From positions 1,523,897 to 1,587,896 of the forward strand of contig OY762940.1 in the NCBI GenBank assembly GCA_963667255.1: a DNA stretch of 64,000 nt. Reading direction: 5' to 3'. Each line of letters opens with the position of its first letter. The first letter of the stretch is position 1. The DNA comes from Candidatus Cloacimonadota bacterium (GTDB taxonomy: Bacteria > Cloacimonadota > Cloacimonadia > G963667145). The translations under genes were made by a program, and so were the position numbers. The notes beneath the pieces were generated by a model, which saw nothing but the letters and a program-made list of their open reading frames with translations, was not told the DNA's origin and searched no databases. This document shows, one piece after another, positions 49,278 to 58,817 of this stretch.

Positions 49278-50298
49278 CTTCCACCTCCATAAACTTTTTT
49301 ACCTCAAAATCTATTTTTTGCCCCAATCTGATTTTTTGGCGAATTTGGGAAATTTTGTCATCTATAAATTGCAAATAAGCCACATTTTTTCGTTCTTTTT
49401 CTTGGCAGGAAATTTCGCCGATTATTCCACCATTTTTGATGATTAACCTTTTATCTGCCATCAAAGCTAAAATAGGGTCATGAGTGGACATCAAAACAAT
49501 TTTCCCCTTTTTCACCAGCAATTCCAAAGCTTTTTTTCGGTCAATTCCGGCATTTTCAATTTCGTCGATAAGAACGATGGGAGACTTGCTCAAAAGTGCC
49601 GTGTCGGCTATCATCAAAGCCCGAGATTGCCCACCACTAAGCTGAGTAAGAGAAGTTGTAGCCGAAAACTTTTCTCCAGAAAGTTCGTTGGCACACTCAA
49701 CTATCGAATTGAGCAAATTTTGGCAATTGTTCACCATTCTGCTTTGAATATGCAAGAGCAAAAACTCTTCCACGGTCAAATCCATCACAAAATTCATATT
49801 TTGAGAAAGTTGAGCCACGAGTTTGCCCGAAAAATTCAATTTCATATTTTTACAGGGAACTTTGCCATTTACCAAAATTTTTCGGTTTGTTATCGTATCG
49901 CCTTGAGTCAAAAGCTCTACATCGGCAAGCAATCTGCTTTTCCCCGAGCCTGTTGGTCCTACTATGCTAACAATTTTCCCTGCAACAAAATCCACTTTAT
50001 CAAATTCGTTTTTGCCGTCTTTGTCTCTTCCGCCTATCAAAGTGATGCTCTTAATTTGCTCTTCGGAATTTTCTTTGATTAACTCCTGCATTTTTCGCAA
50101 ATATTCCCCAAAACGAGGAAAAATATCATTTTTTTCAATGGAACAAGCTTCCAATTGCTCTTCACTCAAATTTTCCAAATATTGTTCGAAAGTTAAAGCA
50201 TTTTCTGCAAGAGGCAAACCGAGATTAACAAAAAAATCTTTGGCAAATTCGTTTTCGGCAAAAATTGTTTCCAACTTTAGGTTTTCAAAGTTTTTCAT
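49267..50298 (-). CDS. ABC-type ATPase with N-terminal extension, no cognate permease
   Basis: GPTGSGKS, LSGGQ, LIDEIE, STHD; ATG 50298 overlaps the upstream TGA. Confidence 0.88.
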   Translation of the reverse strand: MKNFENLKLETIFAENEFAKDFFVNLGLPLAENALTFEQYLENLSEEQLEACSIEKNDIFPRFGEYLRKMQELIKENSEEQIKSITLIGGRDKDGKNEFDKVDFVAGKIVSIVGPTGSGKSRLLADVELLTQGDTITNRKILVNGKVPCKNMKLNFSGKLVAQLSQNMNFVMDLTVEEFLLLHIQSRMVNNCQNLLNSIVECANELSGEKFSATTSLTQLSGGQSRALMIADTALLSKSPIVLIDEIENAGIDRKKALELLVKKGKIVLMSTHDPILALMADKRLIIKNGGIIGEISCQEKERKNVAYLQFIDDKISQIRQKIRLGQKIDFEVKKFMEVEDEM

Positions 50299-50978
50299 AT
50301 TTGCATCTTCTTTATGTTGCCATGCTGAAAATCTTTGCCGATTCTTTTTTCGCCCAAACAATACGAACAAACACTCATCGGCACAGAAAACCGCAATCTT
50401 GTGCCATACAAATTTTCCACTTCTTTGGCTTGAAGCAAAAATTCACTAAAATTGGCAATTCCTTGACCACTAATGCCATTGACACTCAAAATCGCTGCTT
50501 GCGGATTTGATTGCCTGACTTTGAAATAAAAAACTTCTCTTTCCGCTTGGGAAACGATGTCGCCTTTGGTGATTACAACCACATCGGCAAATTTGAGCAT
50601 TGGTCCGATTTTCGCCGGAGTGTTAATCCCCGAAAGATTGTCTATCACACACACCGACAAAAATTCTCTGATATGCGGAGAACAGCGATTGCAAAGTCCA
50701 GCACTTTCGCAAATCAGATAGTCAAATTTATTTTCTTTGCCCCAAGCCACACAATCTTCAATATTGGTAACGAAATAGTGGTCTGGACACAAAGCACCTG
50801 CCAAACCAACCTTACAAGCAAAGCCGTTTTTTTCGTATTCTTCGTTGTCAAAAGTCGATAAACAATCAAATTTCACAATGCCGACCTGAAGTTTTTTCTC
50901 TCGCAAAAGAATTGCTGATTTTATCAAAACGGAAGTTTTCCCTGATGACGGAGGTCCGGCTATGGTTATCAATCTCAT
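50295..50978 (-). CDS. G3E-family GTPase (HypB/UreG/CobW-like)
   Basis: GPPSSGKT, CPDH, ESAGLCNRC, TKGD, C-terminal CSYC. Confidence 0.85.
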   Translation of the reverse strand: MRLITIAGPPSSGKTSVLIKSAILLREKKLQVGIVKFDCLSTFDNEEYEKNGFACKVGLAGALCPDHYFVTNIEDCVAWGKENKFDYLICESAGLCNRCSPHIREFLSVCVIDNLSGINTPAKIGPMLKFADVVVITKGDIVSQAEREVFYFKVRQSNPQAAILSVNGISGQGIANFSEFLLQAKEVENLYGTRLRFSVPMSVCSYCLGEKRIGKDFQHGNIKKMQI

Positions 50979-52156
50979 TTTTTTCCCCAAGCACTTTCAA
51001 AAATTTTGACTACCGTCTCTTTCAATAAACCCATATCCTGATTTTTTACATAATCCCAACCAAGCCATTTCAAGCGAACTTCATTTTTGTTTTTCACAAG
51101 CTTATTCATAAAGGGATAACAATTGTTCGCTGCAAATTTTCCGAACTCTCCGCCTGTCAAAGCCTCAACGAAAACCGCCAATCTTTGCTTGGCTTCCTTT
51201 TTTATCAGGCAATACAAAGGGCTGATAATAGCTCCATCTTTCGGCCAAAAAATTTCCAAATTGTCTTTGCTTCGACAATTTTCCGCAAAAAACCAAGGAA
51301 GAATGTAAATTGCTGCAGTTTCTTCACTTTGACCAACTGCTACTTTGGCAATTTTGGAAGGATGAAAAATCGCTTTCACATTTTTCGCCAATTTTTTCAC
51401 CCCCTCTTGCCCTTTGTCCTTAAAAATATAAAGTGGCAACAAATAGGGAATTTCATTTTCATGACCAGACAAAATTATATTGCTTGTATAGCATTCCTTG
51501 AGCAAATCTTCCCATTTTTCTATGCTTGGCAAAGTAGCAAATTTTCGCTTGTCCAACACCATCACATAAGGAGTTGCTCCATACATAGTATATTCATCAT
51601 CGACAAAATCTATCTGCCGAAACTTTTCTTCCGCCTTATTTTGATTGAGCGAACTAAAATATCCTTTTCCGATAAATTTCTCCAAAAATGGCTTTTCCAA
51701 ATAGTCGCCAATACCCATTGCCGCAAAAAAATCGGGAAACTCGTTTATATCGTCCATTAACCAAAATTTTTCCGATTTGACTACTCCAGTGCATTCTCCC
51801 GGGACAAAATAGTTAAATTTTTCGTCAGAATTTGCAAGCACTTGATTTAAAACTTCTTTGAACTTTTTTCGCAAAGGACACACCATATAAGCAAAAAAAT
51901 CCAATTTGCCGCTGTAAGTTTCGCCGTCTTCGCTCAACTCCTGCTCATTCAATTTTTCGTTCAGATTTTTGACAAACTCAGCCACATTAACAGATTTTAT
52001 TTTCAGCAATGTTTCCAAGCTCATGTCCTTGCCAGTTTTTTTCAAAATCTCTTCGGCAGAAAGTCCTTCAAACCCCAAATTGGCAAACATTCCTCCAAAT
52101 TTATCAAACTCGGATAAAACCTTTTCCAAGCTCATTTCTTTATTAATTTTTTTCAT
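50975..52156 (-). CDS. signal-less solute-binding-fold protein with DUF1858-like N-terminus
   Basis: INKEMSLEKVL...F..LGF N-terminus; WEDLL, WPKDGAIISP class II SBP motifs; no signal peptide. Confidence 0.7.
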   Translation of the reverse strand: MKKINKEMSLEKVLSEFDKFGGMFANLGFEGLSAEEILKKTGKDMSLETLLKIKSVNVAEFVKNLNEKLNEQELSEDGETYSGKLDFFAYMVCPLRKKFKEVLNQVLANSDEKFNYFVPGECTGVVKSEKFWLMDDINEFPDFFAAMGIGDYLEKPFLEKFIGKGYFSSLNQNKAEEKFRQIDFVDDEYTMYGATPYVMVLDKRKFATLPSIEKWEDLLKECYTSNIILSGHENEIPYLLPLYIFKDKGQEGVKKLAKNVKAIFHPSKIAKVAVGQSEETAAIYILPWFFAENCRSKDNLEIFWPKDGAIISPLYCLIKKEAKQRLAVFVEALTGGEFGKFAANNCYPFMNKLVKNKNEVRLKWLGWDYVKNQDMGLLKETVVKIFESAWGKK

Positions 52157-52176
52157 TTTTCCCCTCTGAAACTCTT

Positions 52177-53226
52177 TTATGGATTTTGGTGTTTGAGCAT
52201 TTTCTCAGCTTGCTCTCTACTCAAATCATAGCGAAAAAATTGCCGATAAAATTTTTGCACTTCACCTATCATATCAAAGTCTGCAAACAATTCGGGGTTG
52301 AGAATTTTTGCCATCCATTGCAACATCAAAATACTTTGCACTCCAAAATCCCAAAACATCGTCCCCGTAGGCACAATATAAACCTGTTTATTTTTGATAG
52401 CGGAAACTTGAGCCAATCTTTCATTTTGATAAATACGCCTGACAATCTCTTCGGGAGTCACTTTTTCCATCGAACCGACATTATCCAAAAAAATCATATC
52501 GGGATTCATTTTGATCAATTGCTCCACATTTACTTTTGATTTTACCACACCGGAAATGCCTTTACTAACATAACTTCCACCAGCCAAAGCCACAATTTCT
52601 GGGAGATGAGTTCCTTTCCCCGCAGTCCAAAAAATATCTTGAGTAGCAAAATAGATTTTTTCCTTCTTATCTTGCGAAATATTTTTGGTTCTTGATTTTA
52701 CAAACTCAACTCTGCTATCAAAATATCGGGCATAATCTTGAGCAATTTTAACTTGCTTTTTGCCTAAAATTTGGGCATAAACCATCAACAAATTTTTCAC
52801 ATCATCAAAATCGGAAGAAAAAGGATTGCCTACAGATATGATTTTCATTCGCTTCATTTGGAACAAAAGTTTTGGTTTATCCCAATAAAAAACCGCTTGC
52901 AAATCCTCATCAAGCAAAGTTTCCATATTTAGATTTGTATGTGGCGAGCTAATGCTTTTCACCTTCTCCAAATTTTGATAAACAAGATTCGACCACGGAA
53001 AAGCAGTTTTATGCAAATCGGCACAAAGCACAATTTTATCCTCAGCATCCAGCAAATAAATTTTTTCGTAAGATGGAGTGTAAAGAGCGGCAACTCTCTG
53101 CACTTTGCTTTCAATTTCAATGACTTTGCCATCAATATTTTTTATGCTTTTGGCAAAACTAAACGATACAAAAAGCAAACAAACAAGCAAAGCAAACAGC
53201 TTATTTACTTTTGAAAAATTATCCAT
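52177..53226 (-). CDS. class III (BtuF/FecB/MolA-like) periplasmic binding protein
   Basis: Signal peptide; ALAGG, NVEQLIKMNPD, AIKNKQVY, WMAKILNPELF. Confidence 0.9.
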   Translation of the reverse strand: MDNFSKVNKLFALLVCLLFVSFSFAKSIKNIDGKVIEIESKVQRVAALYTPSYEKIYLLDAEDKIVLCADLHKTAFPWSNLVYQNLEKVKSISSPHTNLNMETLLDEDLQAVFYWDKPKLLFQMKRMKIISVGNPFSSDFDDVKNLLMVYAQILGKKQVKIAQDYARYFDSRVEFVKSRTKNISQDKKEKIYFATQDIFWTAGKGTHLPEIVALAGGSYVSKGISGVVKSKVNVEQLIKMNPDMIFLDNVGSMEKVTPEEIVRRIYQNERLAQVSAIKNKQVYIVPTGTMFWDFGVQSILMLQWMAKILNPELFADFDMIGEVQKFYRQFFRYDLSREQAEKMLKHQNP

Positions 53227-53828
53227 AAGCCTCTCTCATCGTTTATCATCTCAAACTCAATTCCCAAAGTTTTGACAATCCCTGCGATGAACTCGCCTGA
53301 CTGGTCGGCTCTGATTTTTTTGATTTTGTTTTGCCAAGCATTCCCCGACCGCTCTTTCATCTGTTGATGGACTTTTTCTTTCAATTCTCCTGAACCAAAA
53401 CCGCATCCAAAATAAGCCCAACCACCTTTTGCCAAAACTCGATAAATTTCGGAAAATGCCTTTTGCTTCTGCTTCCAAAACCACAGCGAACCGCGGCTTA
53501 TCACCAAATCAACGGAATTATCCGCCAAAGGAATATTCTCCACATTTGCAAGAAGATAAGAAAATTTATCTCCATAATTTTGCTCTTTGGCAATCTCTAT
53601 TGCCTCAGGGTCAACATCTAATAAAATGAACTTCAAATCTTCGGCTCTATCTGAAACTGCTTTTGCCAAAAATCCTCCCGAACTTCCCAAATCCAAACAT
53701 AACCCCTTGCTAATCTTCGTCTTATCAAGGATTTGCCCTGCAATCAAATCGTAACAAGGCAAAAAAACCTGAGTGGCTATTTCAAAAAAACCTCTTGCAC
53801 CTTTTTCCATATTTTTATCTTCAATCAT
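53205..53828 (-). CDS. class I SAM-dependent methyltransferase
   Basis: CLDLGSSGG, NIPLADNSVDLVISRGS, EIYRVLAKGG. Confidence 0.92.
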   Translation of the reverse strand: MIEDKNMEKGARGFFEIATQVFLPCYDLIAGQILDKTKISKGLCLDLGSSGGFLAKAVSDRAEDLKFILLDVDPEAIEIAKEQNYGDKFSYLLANVENIPLADNSVDLVISRGSLWFWKQKQKAFSEIYRVLAKGGWAYFGCGFGSGELKEKVHQQMKERSGNAWQNKIKKIRADQSGEFIAGIVKTLGIEFEMINDERGLWIIFQK

Positions 53829-53831
53829 AAA

Positions 53832-54890
53832 TTATTTCCTCTCACTTCCCAACAAAATCTCATCGATTTCATCATCACTTAACATTTTGTGATAAAAGAG
53901 CTTATATATTTTTTTCACTTCAGCTTTCACATCATAATTAAAATATTTGGGATAAAGCAAATTGGAGAGCCAAACAATACCCGAAATACGATTGATTGAC
54001 GGAGGTCTGTCGCAAAAATTAAAAGGCTTGTAAGGGATTTTGTAAACTTGCTTATTTTCAACTGCTTTCACTTTTTCCCACAAAGAGTTGGAATAAATTT
54101 TGCTATAAAAATCTCCATCGGAATTGAAACCTTGGTCAATGCAAACAATAATCATCTCAGGGTTCCAATTCATTATCTGCTCCATACTAACAGTGGCTCT
54201 GCCGTAGCCTTTCATTTTTTTGACTTTGGCAACATTGATACCGCCCACAAATCTCAAAACTTCTGTATGCAAAGAGCCTTCAGGGTCGGTTTCCAAACCT
54301 TCATTACCCTCGGCATAATAAACTCTTATCTTTTCATTTTCAGGAATTTTTGCAACAATTTTCTTGGTGCGGTCTAACAAATCTTGAGTATAATCGGCTA
54401 AAATTTTAGCTCGTTTTTCTTCGCCCAAAAGTTCGCCCAATTTCTTATAAGTTTGCGGAATACTCATCAGCGAACCATCTAAAAGAATAACCGGAATGCC
54501 CAATTTTTTTTCCAAGCGGTCGGCGGCAGATACATAAAAATCACTCACATCGCCCATGGAAATCGCCAAATCACAACCAACTTGAATAACCGCCTCACAA
54601 TTCGTCTTATTATCTTTGCCAAAATCACCGCCAAGCAAAGGCAAATTTTGATAATATTGCGAAAGATAGAGCTTCTCATTTGCTGAAATTTTCGTGTTCA
54701 ATCCGCCCAACTTTTTCTCATTCAAAGAGTAAATGAAATATGTTCCAATCGGACTGGTGGAAAAAACCTTTTTCACCTTTGCGGGAATTTCCCTCGTTCT
54801 GCCAGCATCATCGGTAAAAGTTCTGCTTTTGGCAGATAAAAAAACAAAACTTGCCAATATCAAAATTATTGAAATTAATTTTCTTCTCAT
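53832..54890 (-). CDS. class III periplasmic binding protein
   Basis: Signal peptide; FTDDAGR, YYAEG, SMEQIMNWNP, DRPPSINR. Confidence 0.92.
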   Translation of the reverse strand: MRRKLISIILILASFVFLSAKSRTFTDDAGRTREIPAKVKKVFSTSPIGTYFIYSLNEKKLGGLNTKISANEKLYLSQYYQNLPLLGGDFGKDNKTNCEAVIQVGCDLAISMGDVSDFYVSAADRLEKKLGIPVILLDGSLMSIPQTYKKLGELLGEEKRAKILADYTQDLLDRTKKIVAKIPENEKIRVYYAEGNEGLETDPEGSLHTEVLRFVGGINVAKVKKMKGYGRATVSMEQIMNWNPEMIIVCIDQGFNSDGDFYSKIYSNSLWEKVKAVENKQVYKIPYKPFNFCDRPPSINRISGIVWLSNLLYPKYFNYDVKAEVKKIYKLFYHKMLSDDEIDEILLGSERK

Positions 54891-54902
54891 AATTTTCTCC
54901 TC

Positions 54903-55958
54903 TTATTTTCTAATACTTCCATCTAAAATGGCATTGACTTCTTTACTATTTAACTCTCTATGATAAAAGAGTTTATAGAATTTCTTAACTTCTGCTTTTA
55001 TATCGTAATCAAAATACTTGGGATAAAGCAAGTTGGACAGCCAAACTATGCCGATAATTCTATTGGTGGACGGCGGACGATCAAAAAAATTGTAAGGCTC
55101 ATAAGGAATTTGATAAACTTGCTTATCTTTTATCGCTTTGACATTTGTCCACAATTGGCTTTTGAAAACCTTTTCAAAAAAATCACCTTTGTTGAAACTT
55201 CGTTTGTCCGTGCAGGCGATTAGCAATTCGGGATTCCAATTCAACACCTGCTCCATAGAAACTTTGGCTCTGCCATAGCCTTTCACGGCTTGCACTTTGG
55301 CAACATTGATGCCGCCCACAAAATCCAAAAGTTCACTATGCACCGAACCACTTGGGTCAGTTTCCAAGCCATCGTTCCCTTCCGCATAATAGGCTTTTAC
55401 CCGTTTTTCTTCAGGAATGTTTGCGGCAATTTTTTTGGTTCTTTCCAAAATTTCTCGACTATAATCCGCCAAAAGTTTGGCTCGCTTTTCTTCTCCCAAA
55501 AGTTCGCCCATCTTCAAATAACTCTCATCAATTTTGTCGATATTCACATCAAAAACCAAAACGGGAATCCCCAATTTCTTTTCCAAAGCATCGGCGGAAA
55601 TTTTGGATTCTTCGCAGATATTCCCAAAAGACAACACTACATCTGTTTTCAATTTTATGATTTGCTCATAGTTGGTGGTATTTGTTCTACCCCCAAAATT
55701 ACCACCCAAAATGGGAAGTTGGCAAAAAGAGCGAAGAAGATATTTTTTCTCTTTTTTAGTCGCTGCATAGTTCAAACCGGTAGTTTTTTGAGGTGCCAAA
55801 CAATACAAATAAATCGTTCCCAAAGGATTGGACGAATAAACTTTTTTCACTTCCAGTGGCACTTTTTTAGTTCTGCCACACATATCTGTAAACATTCGCT
55901 CGGCTGAAAACAACAAAGAAACTCCGAGCAAAAGCACAAAAATCATTATTTTTTTCAT
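54903..55958 (-). CDS. class III periplasmic binding protein (tandem paralog)
   Basis: Signal peptide; FTDMCGR, YYAEG, SMEQVLNWNP, DRPPSTNR. Confidence 0.92.
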   Translation of the reverse strand: MKKIMIFVLLLGVSLLFSAERMFTDMCGRTKKVPLEVKKVYSSNPLGTIYLYCLAPQKTTGLNYAATKKEKKYLLRSFCQLPILGGNFGGRTNTTNYEQIIKLKTDVVLSFGNICEESKISADALEKKLGIPVLVFDVNIDKIDESYLKMGELLGEEKRAKLLADYSREILERTKKIAANIPEEKRVKAYYAEGNDGLETDPSGSVHSELLDFVGGINVAKVQAVKGYGRAKVSMEQVLNWNPELLIACTDKRSFNKGDFFEKVFKSQLWTNVKAIKDKQVYQIPYEPYNFFDRPPSTNRIIGIVWLSNLLYPKYFDYDIKAEVKKFYKLFYHRELNSKEVNAILDGSIRK

Positions 55959-55980
55959 TATAATTTCTCCATAAATGGAT

Positions 55981-56754
55981 TTACATTATGGGCATACAGC
56001 TTCGATAAACTTTGCCCTCAAGCTCAAAATCCATAATCTTCACGGTAATTCCGTAAATTTTCTCCATATTTTCCTCTGTAATCACAAGGCTGGCTTTATC
56101 ATAGCAAATTAGCGAACCTTCAAACATTATGGCGACTTTGGACGGACAAAGAAAAGCATGATTGGGAAAATGCGAAGTCATAATGATGGTTCTCCCTTGT
56201 TTTGAAAGTTCTTTAATTTTGTTCAAAATCTTTATTTGATTGCCAAAATCGAGATTGGAAGTCGGCTCGTCCAAAACCAAAATGTCCGTCTGTTGAGTCA
56301 GCACTCTGGCAATAAGAGCCATCTGTCTCTCTCCACCACTGATTTGGTTGTAGTTGCGGTCTTTCAAATGAGCAATGCCCATCATCTCCAAAGAGTTCTC
56401 GGCAATTTTATAATCTTTTGCAGAGGGCGAAGAGAAAAACCCCAAATGACTATTTCTACCCATCACCACCACATCTAACACCGAAAAAGCAAAAGGAGTG
56501 TTGTGAGCCTGCGGAACATAACCAATTTTTTGGGCAATCTGCTTCCTTTTGCAATCACACATACACATATCGCCAAGATAAACTTCGCCATGATGCATTT
56601 TGAGAAAGCCCAAAAGTGTCTTAAAATAAGTGGTTTTCCCCGTGCCATTAGGACCAAGCACACAAACGATTTCGCCCTTTTCCACCTTCATGTTGATTTT
56701 TTCCAAAACGGTTCTATTTCCATAACCGCAGGACAAATTATTTACTTTTAGCAT
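55981..56754 (-). CDS. ABC transporter ATP-binding subunit (FecE/MolC-like)
   Basis: GPNGTGKT, ISGGERQ, LDEPTSNLD; ATG 56754 overlaps the permease TGA. Confidence 0.95.
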   Translation of the reverse strand: MLKVNNLSCGYGNRTVLEKINMKVEKGEIVCVLGPNGTGKTTYFKTLLGFLKMHHGEVYLGDMCMCDCKRKQIAQKIGYVPQAHNTPFAFSVLDVVVMGRNSHLGFFSSPSAKDYKIAENSLEMMGIAHLKDRNYNQISGGERQMALIARVLTQQTDILVLDEPTSNLDFGNQIKILNKIKELSKQGRTIIMTSHFPNHAFLCPSKVAIMFEGSLICYDKASLVITEENMEKIYGITVKIMDFELEGKVYRSCMPIM

Positions 56755-57794
56755 CAAAAATTTTCTTTCTTGTTTTTGAATAAGAGATAGAGGAAAAATG
56801 GACCACCAATAAGCGAAGTCAAGATTCCCAAAGGAATTTCCACACTCGCTATATTCCTGGCAAAATTGTCCACTATCAAAAGGAAAACACTGCCCAGCAA
56901 AGCGGAAGCAGGAATCACATATTTGTAATTTTGACCCACAATATACCTGCACATATGTGGCACTATCAAGCCAACCCAACCTATCATTCCGCAAATGGAA
57001 ATGGAAGCAGCCGTCAACAATGTCGTGCCAAAAATTATTACCATTCTCAGAGTTGAAGTCGGTATCCCCATCGACTTGGCTTCGTCATCGCCAAAAGCCA
57101 ACAAATTGATTTTCCAGCTGAGCAAAACCAAAGGGACAAAACCGATTGTCAAAGGAATGATAATCAAATAAATGTCTAAAGCGGTTACCGAAGACAAAGA
57201 GCCCATCAGCCAAAAAGTGATCGCAGGGAGCTTGCTATCGGGGTCAGCCATATATTTAGTCAACGATATAAAAGCAGTGAACAAACTGCTCACCACCATT
57301 CCCGTAAGAATCATCGTCAAAGTTATATTTCCTTTTCTGGCAAGCAACTGGCTACCACAAAAAGTTATCAAGACAGCTAACAACCCGAAAGCAAAAGCAC
57401 TTATTTGGATGAGAACAAAATTACAGGAGAGAAGTATCGCCAAAGCTGCTCCAAAGCCTGAACCAGCAGCAGCTCCCAATATGTTTGGAGAAACCATTGG
57501 ATTGCGAAACACTCCCTGACTTGCGGCTCCCGCCATAGACAAAGCACCGCCCACCAGCATTGCAGCTGTTATTCTGGGCAATCGAACTAACAAAACCACA
57601 GTTTGAAAAACTTTGTTTACCTCGATGTTCAATATTCCTAATTTGTTGAGCAACACTTTTGCCACATCTAAAGGAGAGATGAAAAATCTGCCCAGAACCA
57701 AAGAAGAAAAGAAGACAATTACCAGAGCTACAAGAATAATAGAAATCTTCGCTCTGGGCGATTTTTTAATTAGGAGTTTTTCATACTTAGTCAT
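56754..57794 (-). CDS. FecCD/BtuC/MolB-type permease
   Basis: VRLPR, QGVFRNPMVSP, ITFWLMGS, GDDEAKSMG, GWVGLIVPH. Confidence 0.95.
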   Translation of the reverse strand: MTKYEKLLIKKSPRAKISIILVALVIVFFSSLVLGRFFISPLDVAKVLLNKLGILNIEVNKVFQTVVLLVRLPRITAAMLVGGALSMAGAASQGVFRNPMVSPNILGAAAGSGFGAALAILLSCNFVLIQISAFAFGLLAVLITFCGSQLLARKGNITLTMILTGMVVSSLFTAFISLTKYMADPDSKLPAITFWLMGSLSSVTALDIYLIIIPLTIGFVPLVLLSWKINLLAFGDDEAKSMGIPTSTLRMVIIFGTTLLTAASISICGMIGWVGLIVPHMCRYIVGQNYKYVIPASALLGSVFLLIVDNFARNIASVEIPLGILTSLIGGPFFLYLLFKNKKENF

Positions 57795-57805
57795 TATATA
57801 AATTT

Positions 57806-58705
57806 CTACAAACTATATACTAATTTCAAAAACAATTTAAAATCAGGCTCCAAGCCACAATAATCATAGTGCCTATATATCGGAAATTCGATACTGGCAT
57901 CATAACTCAAATCCGACCATATTCTGCCACCAACACCAAAAAGCCAATCTACAGTTTTGCTTCCATCATTTTGAGTAGCACCATCAGTCTTGCTATCTGC
58001 CACAATAGTTCCGGTCAATTCAGTTTTGGCACTCATATATTTAAGAAAATATCTCGTATAAGATAAAGTGCTACTCCTCTCATCTCCATCTTTTTCTTTG
58101 CGATTCCCTTCGGCAGCAATCCTATAAGAACTCGAAACAAAGAAATTATTTCGACCAAAATCTTTCCTCAATTTCAACTCCAATCTATTAGCAAAAGCAC
58201 CTTGCCCAATATCCATCATATACGGTTTTGTTGAGCTTACTGGCGAAGAACTGGTATTATCCTTACCAGTTGGCAAAGTGATGCTATAAAAAGCAGCCAA
58301 AGCCCAAGGCTCAGCAGTCTTTTGAGCCCAAAGCCCATATTCAAAAAACACTTGAATATCAGCCAAACCAAAATTATCGTCTTTACCAAACTTTGTTTCA
58401 ACATGCTTATGAGCGACAGGAATTTGAAGTTTAGCACTAATGTTATGCCCAAAACCATGACGAAGCATCAAATTTTCTCTCCACATCGTCACTGCTTGAT
58501 TCATTGGGTTAGTTTCCTTAGTAGAACCCTTGTAATAGTTCTCTTTTTTAAAATACATTGTTTTAGAAATAAAAATCGTTTTCCCCTTAGGCAAAATCAA
58601 ACCCTTGAACGGATTTGGACAATTCGGGTCTTTTACTTCTTGTGCCATCAAAATTTGGCACATACTCATTGCTGTGAGAGCAATCACTAACAACATCTTT
58701 TTCAT
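57806..58705 (-). CDS. outer-membrane 'transporter'-type beta-barrel (SphA/MetA-pathway-like)
   Basis: AGGAG RBS, signal peptide, GLADI...LPTG...IGQG pattern, C-terminal LVYSL. Confidence 0.65.
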   Translation of the reverse strand: MKKMLLVIALTAMSMCQILMAQEVKDPNCPNPFKGLILPKGKTIFISKTMYFKKENYYKGSTKETNPMNQAVTMWRENLMLRHGFGHNISAKLQIPVAHKHVETKFGKDDNFGLADIQVFFEYGLWAQKTAEPWALAAFYSITLPTGKDNTSSSPVSSTKPYMMDIGQGAFANRLELKLRKDFGRNNFFVSSSYRIAAEGNRKEKDGDERSSTLSYTRYFLKYMSAKTELTGTIVADSKTDGATQNDGSKTVDWLFGVGGRIWSDLSYDASIEFPIYRHYDYCGLEPDFKLFLKLVYSL

Positions 58706-58728
58706 TTTTTCTCCTACATTTATATTTT

Positions 58729-58752
58729 CGATATTTTTTGCAAAGTATAACG
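58729..58752 (-). promoter_or_regulatory. ModE-like box 1
   Basis: Minus strand CGTTATACT-TTGCAA-AAAATATCG, 24 bp; dyad extends into flanking TTTT/AAAA. Confidence 0.7.
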
Positions 58753-58793
58753 AAAAAATAAAACCATTGCTCCCCAGAAATAATTTTACTTCC

Positions 58794-58817
58794 GGATATG
58801 TTTTTGAAAGTATATCG
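58794..58817 (-). promoter_or_regulatory. ModE-like box 2, just downstream of TTGACA (58828-58823)
   Basis: Minus strand CGATATACT-TTCAAA-AACATATCC, 24 bp; near repeat of box 1. Confidence 0.7.
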
